The notes under the pieces were generated by a model that ran no database searches, was not told the DNA's origin, and was given only the letters and a program-made list of their open reading frames with translations. The position numbers and the translations under genes were made by a program. DNA of 64,000 nucleotides from Salisapilia sapeloensis CBS 127946 (taxonomy: Eukaryota; Protista; Oomycota): assembly GCA_023334545.1 (NCBI GenBank), contig JAADVB010000071.1:1-64000 (forward strand). Reading direction: 5' to 3'. Each line of letters starts with the position of its first letter. The stretch's first letter is position 1. Positions 30,902 through 41,200 of this stretch are shown here, in pieces.

Positions 30902-32146
30902 TTAAATCTCTCGAGACGTCGGGTGGCCATGCCAAGGATGTAGTTCGCTGCCACTTTCATCCAAGTAACGTCGCGGTTCGAGTCCTTGCATCCGGTAGGA
31001 CGCGTCCGACGGATTCGAATTCACTGGCGTCGGTCCATACGACATCGTCCTACCGTCCTGGCTCATACAGCTTATTCCATGGTCCATATACTGCGGAGGC
31101 GGTGGGAGGTGCATCCTCCCTTCGACCTTCATCCGCTCTTCCATTGACTTGTGCACCAAAGGGTATGTCTGCGACTGCATCTGCTGTCGTTGTGGCGGAT
31201 CCTCGAGTATATTTTGCAAAATATCTTGGAAGTTCTCATCCATGGCGGCATTCGGCTGGTCGTACATGCCAGGACCGATGGGAAGAGAAGGGTATGTGTA
31301 CTGATACGGTATCGGCATCGGACTCGCGTAGCCGTACTCTGCCTTTTCACCTGTACCGAACGATACGTCCTCCGGGGGAGGAGGAAGCGTGTTATATTGA
31401 CTAGCTACGTCCCGTCGAGGTATCAAGTCGGACTTGACAGAACCCGGATGCCGGTCGTTCAAGGCTAGATGCTTCATATCTGGATTCTGATCCATCGCCT
31501 TATAACGTGCGACGGCATTGGCCTCGGACATCCCGGCCTCTCGCAGCTTGTCGACTGCGTCGTCATACCGCATCCCTCCGACGGCCTTGCTAATGTCCAT
31601 CCGACGATTGTATTCGTTCTCCTCGATCGTCTTGGCAAGATGCCATTCGTCACGTCCGCACGAGCAATGGGTCCCGTCAGCTCCCTTGTACCTCGTCGTG
31701 GCGGTCGGGTCCCCTTCGGCGGCAAGCGCTTGGACAGCACACTCGCAGCAAGTGAACATTTGTTTGGACCGGTAGGATCCGAGCCAATTGGACTTGAAGC
31801 GAGGGAACCAGTACTTGCGGTCTCTGGTCTTTTCCGGTCCGTCGCCAGCGCTATTGGAGCTGTACTGGGGTCCTATCTGTCGAAGACCGTCACTAGGGTG
31901 CTGGTGAGCCATCGTAGTGACTAACGTTCGCCGCTGTAACTCGTTGACATCGTCAGTATAGCAAACGTCTTGGTGATCCGTGGCCTGTCCGTCGTCGTCA
32001 TCCATCTCTCGTGCCAAGCTAAGAAAGAAAGTGGACGGCAAGCACGAGGTTCCCATCAAGAGAAAAATTAGTCTGTTCGTCACGCTGGTCTGATTCGGGA
32101 CTGGCGTCAATGTATGAACGTTGTGGCTACACTGCATGTCCTGCAT
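30902..32146 (-). CDS. Hypothetical protein with a Cys/His-containing N-terminal domain and a Pro/Gln/Tyr-rich C-terminus
   Basis: 414-codon ORF; the likely coding core starts at MDDDDG (32005), and upstream exons are possible. No family was recognised. Confidence 0.65.
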   Translation of the reverse strand: MQDMQCSHNVHTLTPVPNQTSVTNRLIFLLMGTSCLPSTFFLSLAREMDDDDGQATDHQDVCYTDDVNELQRRTLVTTMAHQHPSDGLRQIGPQYSSNSAGDGPEKTRDRKYWFPRFKSNWLGSYRSKQMFTCCECAVQALAAEGDPTATTRYKGADGTHCSCGRDEWHLAKTIEENEYNRRMDISKAVGGMRYDDAVDKLREAGMSEANAVARYKAMDQNPDMKHLALNDRHPGSVKSDLIPRRDVASQYNTLPPPPEDVSFGTGEKAEYGYASPMPIPYQYTYPSLPIGPGMYDQPNAAMDENFQDILQNILEDPPQRQQMQSQTYPLVHKSMEERMKVEGRMHLPPPPQYMDHGISCMSQDGRTMSYGPTPVNSNPSDASYRMQGLEPRRYLDESGSELHPWHGHPTSREI

Positions 32147-32793
32147 CTACGACTACACCTCTTTGCTTTCCCCTGTGAGTCGTTTTTCTTGAAATGAAAC
32201 CTTGAGCGCAAGCACCGAAGCACTCATCTGGTCCTGTGTCGGCGTTTCTCCAAGTGCCCGTGCAGCAGGTGGCATCCAGAAACACGAGGACAGGTCATTC
32301 CGAATTGACGTAGATCTGGACTCACTTCCACAAACGTCATCTGGGGCGTATTAAATAGCCAGGTTACAACCCGCGACCACCTTAAACATCCTCTCGACTG
32401 CCTTGAGTGTGCTGTCGTCCATCATCGAATAGAGACGTGATACGAGGCTGCTGTAAAGGCGGAAAGCACGTTCGTTTCACAACGAGGCAACACACCACCT
32501 GACGAGGCCATCAGTCGCACGTACCACGAATTCAAGTCCTAGATCGACTCGTATCCTTGCTTATCAAGTCCAAACGTCTTTGTCGTCAACTCTCGTAACG
32601 AGATGCTGTCTTCCTAAAAGGCACATCCACGTCATGTTGCGCAAAGTAGATGCTACAACTGACTTGCCATCCGCTACCACATTGCATGTAACGTTATGGC
32701 GTCATACGTACAGCGCATCCTACATCCAAGATCCCACTACCTCGATACAAGCATATATTCACGCTACTTTAAAATCCATCTACTAGCTTCCAC

Positions 32794-35700
32794 TTAGCAT
32801 CTCTTCCGGCTCACGCCGTCTTCTTGCTCCGTGCCGTGGATCGAGGCAGACCAAATCTTCCCGCCATCTTGTACACCGTCTTGCAGTACCAGTTTCTGCG
32901 CAACAAAAAGACTCGCATCGCGGTTCGTCCAATAGATCACGTGCGCCGTCAACGCAAACAAGTACTCGTTCGTGATCTCAATCTCATTCTCCTGGAGCGT
33001 ATAGTCGATCGGCTGGCCTTCACACAGATTCCCAAACGTACGAATGTCCTTTGCAAACGCATCGGCACCGTGTTGACTCATTGGAGGCGAGTCGAGGCCC
33101 GATACAGGTCGATCCGACGTCGTGTACCGGAAGGATCCAGTGCTGTACTCGCTATTCGTCCGCTCCAGCTCGACACTCGCGTCCCCTGTTTCATCCAGCG
33201 GCTCTTGGACATACGGATCTGCTGGATGTTCACTACCTTCCACCAGTCCCACTCGTCTCGCATTGCTCTCGACGGCATGCTCAAAGTCTCTTCGCCACCG
33301 TCGTAACGTCTGGACGAAATGTCGAAAGGAATTGCGCACTTGGTACTGGAATCGCAGCCTCCCTTCAAACGTCCCGATGATCGCAGCCTTCGACTTGGCG
33401 CGTGCAGGATTGATGATCGGTTCGAGTCGATACGCCACTGGATCGTACGGATGATAAATATTGTACAGTCGACGGCAATTCGGAAGTGTAAACGCTCGAT
33501 CCAGTGTCTGTCCTCGGACTCTCAGAAAGAGTCCAACGGGCGAACCAAAGCAAAAGAGGTTGTCCACTTCAAAGCGTAGGCGAGGTACAGACATACCAGT
33601 CGCATTCACTTGCCCTCGACGCGGTGTCGGTGGAGGTACGAAGGAACTTTCCGATTCCGACCGATGTTTCAATTGTTCTGTGAACATCGTTTCAAACTCT
33701 TCAGCGTTGGATCGAACGACATGTGCATCATCGTCACTGTCGCTCTCATTCTCCGAACAAAAGTGCTGTCCACTCATCCGCGTCTTCTGTTTCAAATGCA
33801 CCTTTTGCAACTCTAAAATATCAAACGAAATGATTGCACCGAGAGAATGCGCCAGGATAGATACTTTCTTCTGAGGTGGGAGCATCCCATCATCATCATC
33901 TCTCAGCCATCCTTTATTCCGTTGCTGGAAGAGACTCACGATACGATTCATCTCGCCTGCTACTTGTTCCAGAATCACTTGGTGGAACATTGGAGACATG
34001 AAGAAGAGGACATCGAGCACCGTCTCGTTATTAAATTCACGAAGCTTCGGGATCGCAGGGAGCGTCACGTCTCGGATCTTCTTATCCAGCTCTTCCATAT
34101 GCAGCTTCGAATGCCATTCCACAGGTAGAAACTCGACCTTCTTCAGCTTCTTCCCTGACGCTCGGGCCGAATCAAAGTGCGGAGACGCCAGCGCTTCTTT
34201 ATGCAGCAGACGGAGGTTCGCGGCACAGTCGATGATCGACCGGAGCGTCACAACGTTGATCAAGTCGATCGTCTTGAGAGCGTCGCCGATACCATGGACG
34301 ATCAGCACAAGCTCATCCACCTCCTCTTCAATGTCCGCGTCGTCTTCATTCGGCACACATCCCACCTCTTCCTCCACTTTAATCGCATCCTTCCACTTCC
34401 GCAACGTCTCTTCATCCGATCGGACACGAGGATCACCGCGATACACTCGTCGCTTACTCGTAAACGCAGTCGTACCTGCAAGTAGTTTTTTAAACTGCAT
34501 CATGTCGTTCCCTCCTTTGATCTCGACCAAATGTCCGTCCACAGGAACGCTCAAACTACATTTCGACGACACGCGACTCGAAAACACACTTCGTTGCCGC
34601 CGTTCTCGTTCTAGTCGTTCCTTTTCTTCCTCCTGATGCGCGACAAAGTACGTAAAAGCATCTTCCAAGAAGGACGCAGCTACTGGATTGTACGGTGCAA
34701 GACCATAGTTGCGTTTCGCAAAGAGCCACGTGGACCGACAGACGATGAAACGATCTAGCACCGGCCAATAGACTGGTGTCATTTCCATCGAGTCAAAAGA
34801 CACTTCGTACCGACCTTCATCGACAAGCACGACACGATATGGCGTCGGACGCTTACCTGCCTTCTTCTGCTTCTCGTACCATCGAAAGTGTCTTTCTAAC
34901 CGACGATTCTCATGCACTGGGAACTCCATCCACTTGCCGTTACCTGTCGCGTTATTCGAGCTCGGAGGCGATTCTCCGACCATCTGTGCTGCTTTCGACG
35001 CTGCTTTTGACCTTGTCGACTCTTCTGTCGGTCGAACTGACTCGTACGACGTCTTGTCCCCTTGGAGTTTCATGTAGAACCAACAGGGAAAGGTAGATTC
35101 ATTCTGTTCGTCTAGTTTCTCCATCAAACAAGCGTTCGAAGTGACCTGCTCGGATGTTAAAGGAACGCCTCGATCTACTTCTGGCACTCGTTCTCGATCA
35201 GCAGTGTCCAATACGTCAAAGTATAGCATCTCGTTGTGCAGACGGATGGTCGCCATGAACTCAAAGCGTTGGAGTCTCGATTGGAGGACTCGAAGACGCT
35301 GCAGGATACTATTCACGACATCTGCACGACGTTCTGGAGATAGTGACTCGTACGGTCCTCTGCCCAAGATATTCCACTGGACCATGCCCCAATGCTGCTC
35401 TAGTACGACAGTCGCAGAGTATAGATTCTCCACAACATGCTGGACGCGAGAAGTAGAGACAGTTAAAAATAAGTCTGTACGATGTTCTACTTCTTCTCTT
35501 GATGGAAACACGAGTTGAGACGGGAGAATGACAGCCCATCGTACCACACTTTCAGCTGCACCGAGCGGCGGGAGAACGAGATGACGTAGTAAGAACCGTC
35601 GACGCATACTGTTTTTTGCGACAAAATACAACTCTGGTAGCTCTTCACTCGTAACGAATTGGGCAAATCCTTCCACGGCGTTGAATGCAGGTACAGCGAG

Positions 35701-36033
35701 ACGTGTCTGCAGCGGCGCAAGTGGACCTAGCGGCACATTTTCCACCGTGCTTTTCGTCAAGTAAAAGACGCGCTGACCTTGTCTTGTAAATGCTACTCGC
35801 CACTCAAACACAGACTGCTGTGCTGATGAAACTGTATCAACAACACAGTCACGAGAGCGCCCGACGGCGCGTTTCAATAGCTCTGGCGCCTTTCGCTGCA
35901 TGGTCAGCGAGACTTGTCCGCCAAGCGACAACAGAAACGGGAACGGCGTGTACGCAGCCCAGGTCGAGTGGCCGTCATATCGCTCATGCATATCCCGCTG
36001 TGCATCCCGTACGATCTCCGCGATGTGGTACAT
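32794..36033 (-). CDS. DDHD-domain phospholipase A1 (PA-PLA1/SEC23IP-like) with a WWE-like segment
   Basis: LVLIVHGIG, FLPVEWH, TVLDVLFF, lipase motif AHSLG, FCFGSPVGLF, NIYHPYDPVAYRLEP, IDYTLQ, TAHVIYW. WWE-like segment WFYM...WMEF...RYEVSFDSM...PVYW. Confidence 0.92.
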   Translation of the reverse strand: MYHIAEIVRDAQRDMHERYDGHSTWAAYTPFPFLLSLGGQVSLTMQRKAPELLKRAVGRSRDCVVDTVSSAQQSVFEWRVAFTRQGQRVFYLTKSTVENVPLGPLAPLQTRLAVPAFNAVEGFAQFVTSEELPELYFVAKNSMRRRFLLRHLVLPPLGAAESVVRWAVILPSQLVFPSREEVEHRTDLFLTVSTSRVQHVVENLYSATVVLEQHWGMVQWNILGRGPYESLSPERRADVVNSILQRLRVLQSRLQRFEFMATIRLHNEMLYFDVLDTADRERVPEVDRGVPLTSEQVTSNACLMEKLDEQNESTFPCWFYMKLQGDKTSYESVRPTEESTRSKAASKAAQMVGESPPSSNNATGNGKWMEFPVHENRRLERHFRWYEKQKKAGKRPTPYRVVLVDEGRYEVSFDSMEMTPVYWPVLDRFIVCRSTWLFAKRNYGLAPYNPVAASFLEDAFTYFVAHQEEEKERLERERRQRSVFSSRVSSKCSLSVPVDGHLVEIKGGNDMMQFKKLLAGTTAFTSKRRVYRGDPRVRSDEETLRKWKDAIKVEEEVGCVPNEDDADIEEEVDELVLIVHGIGDALKTIDLINVVTLRSIIDCAANLRLLHKEALASPHFDSARASGKKLKKVEFLPVEWHSKLHMEELDKKIRDVTLPAIPKLREFNNETVLDVLFFMSPMFHQVILEQVAGEMNRIVSLFQQRNKGWLRDDDDGMLPPQKKVSILAHSLGAIISFDILELQKVHLKQKTRMSGQHFCSENESDSDDDAHVVRSNAEEFETMFTEQLKHRSESESSFVPPPTPRRGQVNATGMSVPRLRFEVDNLFCFGSPVGLFLRVRGQTLDRAFTLPNCRRLYNIYHPYDPVAYRLEPIINPARAKSKAAIIGTFEGRLRFQYQVRNSFRHFVQTLRRWRRDFEHAVESNARRVGLVEGSEHPADPYVQEPLDETGDASVELERTNSEYSTGSFRYTTSDRPVSGLDSPPMSQHGADAFAKDIRTFGNLCEGQPIDYTLQENEIEITNEYLFALTAHVIYWTNRDASLFVAQKLVLQDGVQDGGKIWSASIHGTEQEDGVSRKRC

Positions 36034-36474
36034 GCCACTCGAGAAGCCGCCGAGTGGGAGCTGCTGGTCGGTAAAATTAGATCTGTTCCAAACACAGGAA
36101 AAACAAAGTGTGGCTCGAAATAGTTACGACGATTCAGAATCGAAGGTGAATGGAAATGTGAGTAAGTGACGTCATGAAGTCGAAATGTACAGTATGAAAG
36201 ATAGATCTCGCTCTTTTCGAAAGAGATGACAGGAAGGAATGTACTTGCGTACAAGTATCAAACGATGCGATACTTGGATGAAATGTCGTATTGAAGTTGA
36301 GATCTGAACATCTTGTCCAATCAAAAGTGGAAAGTTTTTGATTTCAACCAATGAAAAGCTACCAAGGTACCTTTTTCATGCGTTGGGTGGAACGAGGCAT
36401 GTCATAGGCTCGAGTAGAATGGTCGAGGAGGTCATGGCTCTGGACCCACATCTCGTATTCTTCTTGTGTCGGCT

Positions 36475-37464
36475 ATGGCGAGCATCGTACAGACTCGACT
36501 GCCGGTGGTCCATATCCCACAACGAGTAGCAAAGTCGTCGCCTCTGCCTCAGTCGTCTCTGGAGCAAGCACTGCCAGATGCGGTGCTGGAGCACATGCTC
36601 CAGTACCTGTCGCTACCAGACTTGCTGCAGGCCGAAGCAGTGAATCGCGATTGGAAGCAGCTAGTGTCCGACTCTCGTGAATGGCACCACGTTACTTTCT
36701 CCGACGACAATACGAGCAAGTGGCTACAGACTCTTCTCGTCATCACTAGGCGCCATGGAGCTCAAGTCCAGACGCTTTCCATCCACAACTGTAGCTTCAT
36801 GAATAGCTCAGTGCTATCTATGGTAGCATCCAACTTGGTACATGTGCACAGCTTGACCATTCGATCGTGCAAGACACTTACAGATGAAGCGTTAGCGTCC
36901 TTCTTACTTGGCTCCAGTCGTAGTCTGGAACGCCTCGAGCTTCCTGCATGCCCACAACTGTCGGACATTTCTATCGACATGATCTGCAAAGCCAATTCTC
37001 CTTTAGAAGCTGTGAACTTTAGCTTTAACCGCCTGATCTCTCCTTTGTCGATCATGAAGCTCACACACCACTTGCGTTCGACCTTGAAAGCGGTTAATTT
37101 CAAGTCCACTCGCGTGACAGATGAAGCGGTGGTAGCGATGAGCTCCACTTGCTCTCAGCTAATGTCCATTCGAGTTGGAGGCAGTGGACTCATGTCCGAT
37201 ACAACGCTCTATGCGCTGGCGAATAATTGCGGAGATCGATTGGAAGTGCTGGATGTCGCTCACAGCAATCCCTTTGGCGTCGGTCGTTGTGCTATGACAG
37301 ACGACGGGGTCAAGTATATAGCGTCCAAGTGTCCACAGCTGAGGGAAATCTGCCTCCGAGGCCAAGGATTGTTGACGAAAGAGTCGGAAATAGCGTTAAA
37401 GCAGCACTGTCCGAAACTGACGCGAGTAGGTACTAGTGGGTGTAGGCAGATGCGTGCCAAGTGA
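36475..37464 (+). CDS. F-box/leucine-rich-repeat protein (FBXL)
   Basis: F-box LPDAVLEHMLQYLSLPDLLQAEAVNRDWKQL, followed by cysteine-containing LRRs (C..LTDEAL, CPQLSD, VTDEAV, MSDTTL, MTDDGV). Confidence 0.92.
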   Translation: MASIVQTRLPVVHIPQRVAKSSPLPQSSLEQALPDAVLEHMLQYLSLPDLLQAEAVNRDWKQLVSDSREWHHVTFSDDNTSKWLQTLLVITRRHGAQVQTLSIHNCSFMNSSVLSMVASNLVHVHSLTIRSCKTLTDEALASFLLGSSRSLERLELPACPQLSDISIDMICKANSPLEAVNFSFNRLISPLSIMKLTHHLRSTLKAVNFKSTRVTDEAVVAMSSTCSQLMSIRVGGSGLMSDTTLYALANNCGDRLEVLDVAHSNPFGVGRCAMTDDGVKYIASKCPQLREICLRGQGLLTKESEIALKQHCPKLTRVGTSGCRQMRAK

Positions 37465-38174
37465 TTTATTTCGATTCAAAATTTATTTTCTTTATGTCAG
37501 AATTTGGAGTATTCGTTTTGTGAATGATGTCTTCCAGGTAGCATGTATGTTGCCAAAATTAGGGCACCTAGGGATGCATGAACAGCAATGTCTCCGTCTA
37601 TCTGGCAGCAAGGAGCTACGGAAGTCGAACGACTTGAATCAGAAAGCATACTTCAAATTAGATCAACACGTCAGGTACGTGCTCTACATGGACACGATCG
37701 AGCGAAGGAATGGGCTTCATCCGCTTGTCCATGCACCTTTATCAGATCTTCAAGTTGATTTGAATACTGGCGCCTGCCAAGATAAAAGGGCCATGCGCGC
37801 TACGTATCGTTTCAATTGCTCTGCCATCTGACCTTGAAGTGAATGCGCCGAAAAGATTTCAAACTTTCCCCTCGAATGATAATAAATAGATACATGTAGC
37901 AAACTTTGCACTCTATCGCCGTTACATTAGACTATTATCTCCCTAACACACATGTCCTCCATAAGCTCTTTAAACAAGAAAAGGTGAGTGCCTTGCAACA
38001 TGATCAGTTTGATTCACGACTCTTGACAGTACATTCACATTCAAACGCAACTTCAAATAGGGTTTTCCAAAAGTAGAGGCTATTCCGCGAATTAGGACAA
38101 AAGTAGCCCCACTTGTAAAAAAGCTCACTTCATATATCCACTCCAGTCGCACAGTCAAAGAACATTCCGATAAA

Positions 38175-40096
38175 ATGACCTCCGTACTTGACCAGGCGAA
38201 GCAATGGATCGAATGGGATGTCAATGATGGCACCAAGTCTGCCGTTAAGGCCCTCGTCGATGCGAATGACACGGAAGCATTGCAAAAGCTCTTTGCATCT
38301 CGTGTTGAATTTGGGACTGCCGGGCTTAGGGCCTGCATGCGTCCCGGCCCGAACGGCATGAACGACCTCGTGGTCATTCAGACGACGCAAGGCTTATGCA
38401 AATACCTCTTCGAATCGTTTGGAGAAGAAATTGCCAAGGAAAAAGGTATTGCAATCGGTTATGACCACCGAGCCATTGACTCGCTCTCTTCGAAACGCTT
38501 TGCTGAGCTCGCTACGGCTGTCTGCGTCCATGTCGGAATGAAAGTGTACCTCTACGAAGGTTTTGCAGCCACACCACTCGTGGTATGTCCATCACTACCT
38601 CTCCTTATAGCAAGAATGTTAAACCACAATCATATAGCCATTTTGTGTGGAGGAGAAGTCAACTGCTGCAGGAATTGTTATCACTGCATCACACAACCCA
38701 AAGGTACATATTCCTCCTCCAACTTTCCTGCATGATAGGTACTTATTATATACCTAATGAGTAGCAAGACAATGGGTACAAGCTCTACTGGGCCAATGGT
38801 AGTCAAATCATTCCTCCGCACGACGCTGCAATCGCGTCTCTCATCGAAAAAAACCTCGAGCCATGGACAGACTTCAGTGCTACATCCCAATCGACGCTCC
38901 GTTCTAATCCTCTAGTGCATGATCCGACAAAGGATGTCGGTGACGCCTACTTTGCACATCTAAAACAGAAACTATGCCGTTATCCGGAAGACAACGCGAA
39001 ATCTCCTCTTCGCATCGCCTACACCGCCATGCACGGTGTTGGCCACGCGTTCACCTCTCGTTCCTTTGCTGCATTCAGTCTTCCGCCGTACATTCCTGTC
39101 GAGTCTCAGCTCCATCCGGATCCAGCTTTCCCGACCGTCACATTTCCCAATCCGGAAGAAGGCAAAGGTGCATTAAAGGAAGCTATGAAGACTGCTGCAG
39201 AGCACAATGCCACTTTGATCTTGGCGAATGATCCGGATGCAGACCGTCTCGCTATTGCTGAATGGGACGAAGCGAACGATCAATGGTACATCTTCTCCGG
39301 GAATGAGATTGGCGCCATGCTTGGCCACTGGAGTTTCGTACAATGGCAAGAGAGCTCTAGTACGACCAATATCAAGGACGTCTGGTTCGTAGCGTCTACC
39401 GTGTCGTCCAAGATGCTGAAAGCTGTTGCCGAAAAGGAAGGATGCAACTTTGCCGAGACCTTGACTGGCTTCAAGTGGATGGGGAATAAGACGGCTGACT
39501 TACGAGGTCAAGGTCAAACAGTAGTCTTTTCGTTTGAAGAAGCCATTGGCTTTTGTGTCGGTGACGTCGTGAAAGACAAGGATGGTGTGAGTGCAGCTGC
39601 ATTTGCAGCAGAGATGGCAACGCAGCTCCAGTTGAAACGCAACCAGACACTGAAACAGTACTTGGAAACTCTGTACGCTAAGTATGGTGAATTCGTGACG
39701 AACAACCACTATGTTATCTGTCATGAACCCTCGACGATCGCGGCGATTTTCAAACGTCTGCGGAATGGCGGCGAGTACTGGACCCACTGTGGCGACTTTG
39801 AGATTGCACACGTTCGAGACTTGACGACTGGATACGACAGTGAACAGCCAGATAAGAAGGCTATTCTCCCCGTAAGCAGTAGCTCTCAGATGATCACGTA
39901 TACCTTCACGAACGGATGCGTGGCAACGTTGCGAACGAGCGGGACGGAGCCAAAGCTCAAGTACTACGTCGAGCTCGCGGGTAAAGTCGGTCAGAAGCGG
40001 GGTGAAGTGGAGAATGTACTAGCTACGCAAGTCAGTCAGATCGTGTCGGAGATGCTCGAGCCGGAGAAGAACGGACTGCAGTTGCCGGAAGCCTAG
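38175..40096 (+). CDS. PGM2: Phosphoglucomutase-2/phosphopentomutase family protein, multi-exon
   Basis: EFGTAGLRA, GYDHR, the phospho-Ser motif ITASHNPK in a short internal exon, FPNPEEG, ANDPDADR, GFKWMG, FSFEEAIG, DKDG, RTSGTEPKLKYY. Confidence 0.95.
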
Positions 40097-40264
40097 CTCG
40101 CCTAAGTTGAAGTTCGTCCGTCGATTCAAGATCCAATACACTTTGATTGGCTTTAAATCATCCTTTGCATCCAATCACTAGTCGTACTCGTTCAAAACCA
40201 GTCATCCGTAGCAAAACCATCAGCAAAGACTCGTTGGCATTGCCACCGGTACGTTCGGTTCATC

Positions 40265-41168
40265 ATGCAGCATGACGAAGTGATTTGGAGCGTTCTTTCG
40301 AACCAGTTCTGTTCCTTCAAGACCAAGTATGTTTTTATCCATTCTCTTCACTCTATTGCAATCGAGTACTAAAGTATGTACCAATGGTAGATTGCCAGAC
40401 ACCAAGAATGAGTTTTGTCGAAACGAGTATAACGTCTCTGGTCTTTGCAATCGCGGTGCATGCCCACTCGCGAATAGTCGATACGCTACCATTCGTGAAC
40501 ATGATGGCGTCTGTTACTTGTACACCAAGACAATCGAACGTGCTCACTCGCCCAAGAACTTATGGGAAAAGAAAAAATTGTCGAAAAACTATACGAAAGC
40601 ATTAGCCCAAGTGGATGAAGAGCTCCAATTCTGGCCAAAGAACCTCATCCATAAGAACAAGCAGCGTCTCACGAAAATCCATCAGTACCTCATGCGTATG
40701 CGAAAGCTACGTATGAAGACCAAGCCACGTATGGAAGTCGTCAAGAAGAAACTCGACAGACGAGAAGCTCGTCGTGAGAAGAAGGCAGAGGACGCTGCCA
40801 AGCTCGATACAGCCATTGAAAAGGAATTGCTTGAGCGTCTTAAGAACGGAACGTACGGTGATATCTACAACTTCCCGTCGCAACAGTTCTCGAACGTCTT
40901 GGAGAATGGCGACGATGCACAAGTAGAGGACGGAGAAGACTATGAAGATGAAGAGGAAAGTGAAGATGAAGTGGAGTATGTGGAAGATTTAGAAGAAGAA
41001 GAGAGCGACTTGGAGAGTCTCGCGGACGATATGGAGCGTACGGGTGGCACGAAACGCAAGAAGGATACCTCGGACGAACGACCGACGAAGAAGAACCGAT
41101 CGGGACCGTACGTCGAGATCGAGTACGAACAGGAAGAGGAGACAGAACCTACGGAAACGTCGTGGTAA
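40265..41168 (+). CDS. MAK16: Ribosome biogenesis protein MAK16 (one 5' intron)
   Basis: [15 protein letters not shown]|...[26 protein letters not shown]...[11 protein letters not shown]...[13 protein letters not shown], acidic tail ending VEIEYE. Confidence 0.95.
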
Positions 41169-41200
41169 TTGCTATACAACCTACATTTTGCCATCCAACA

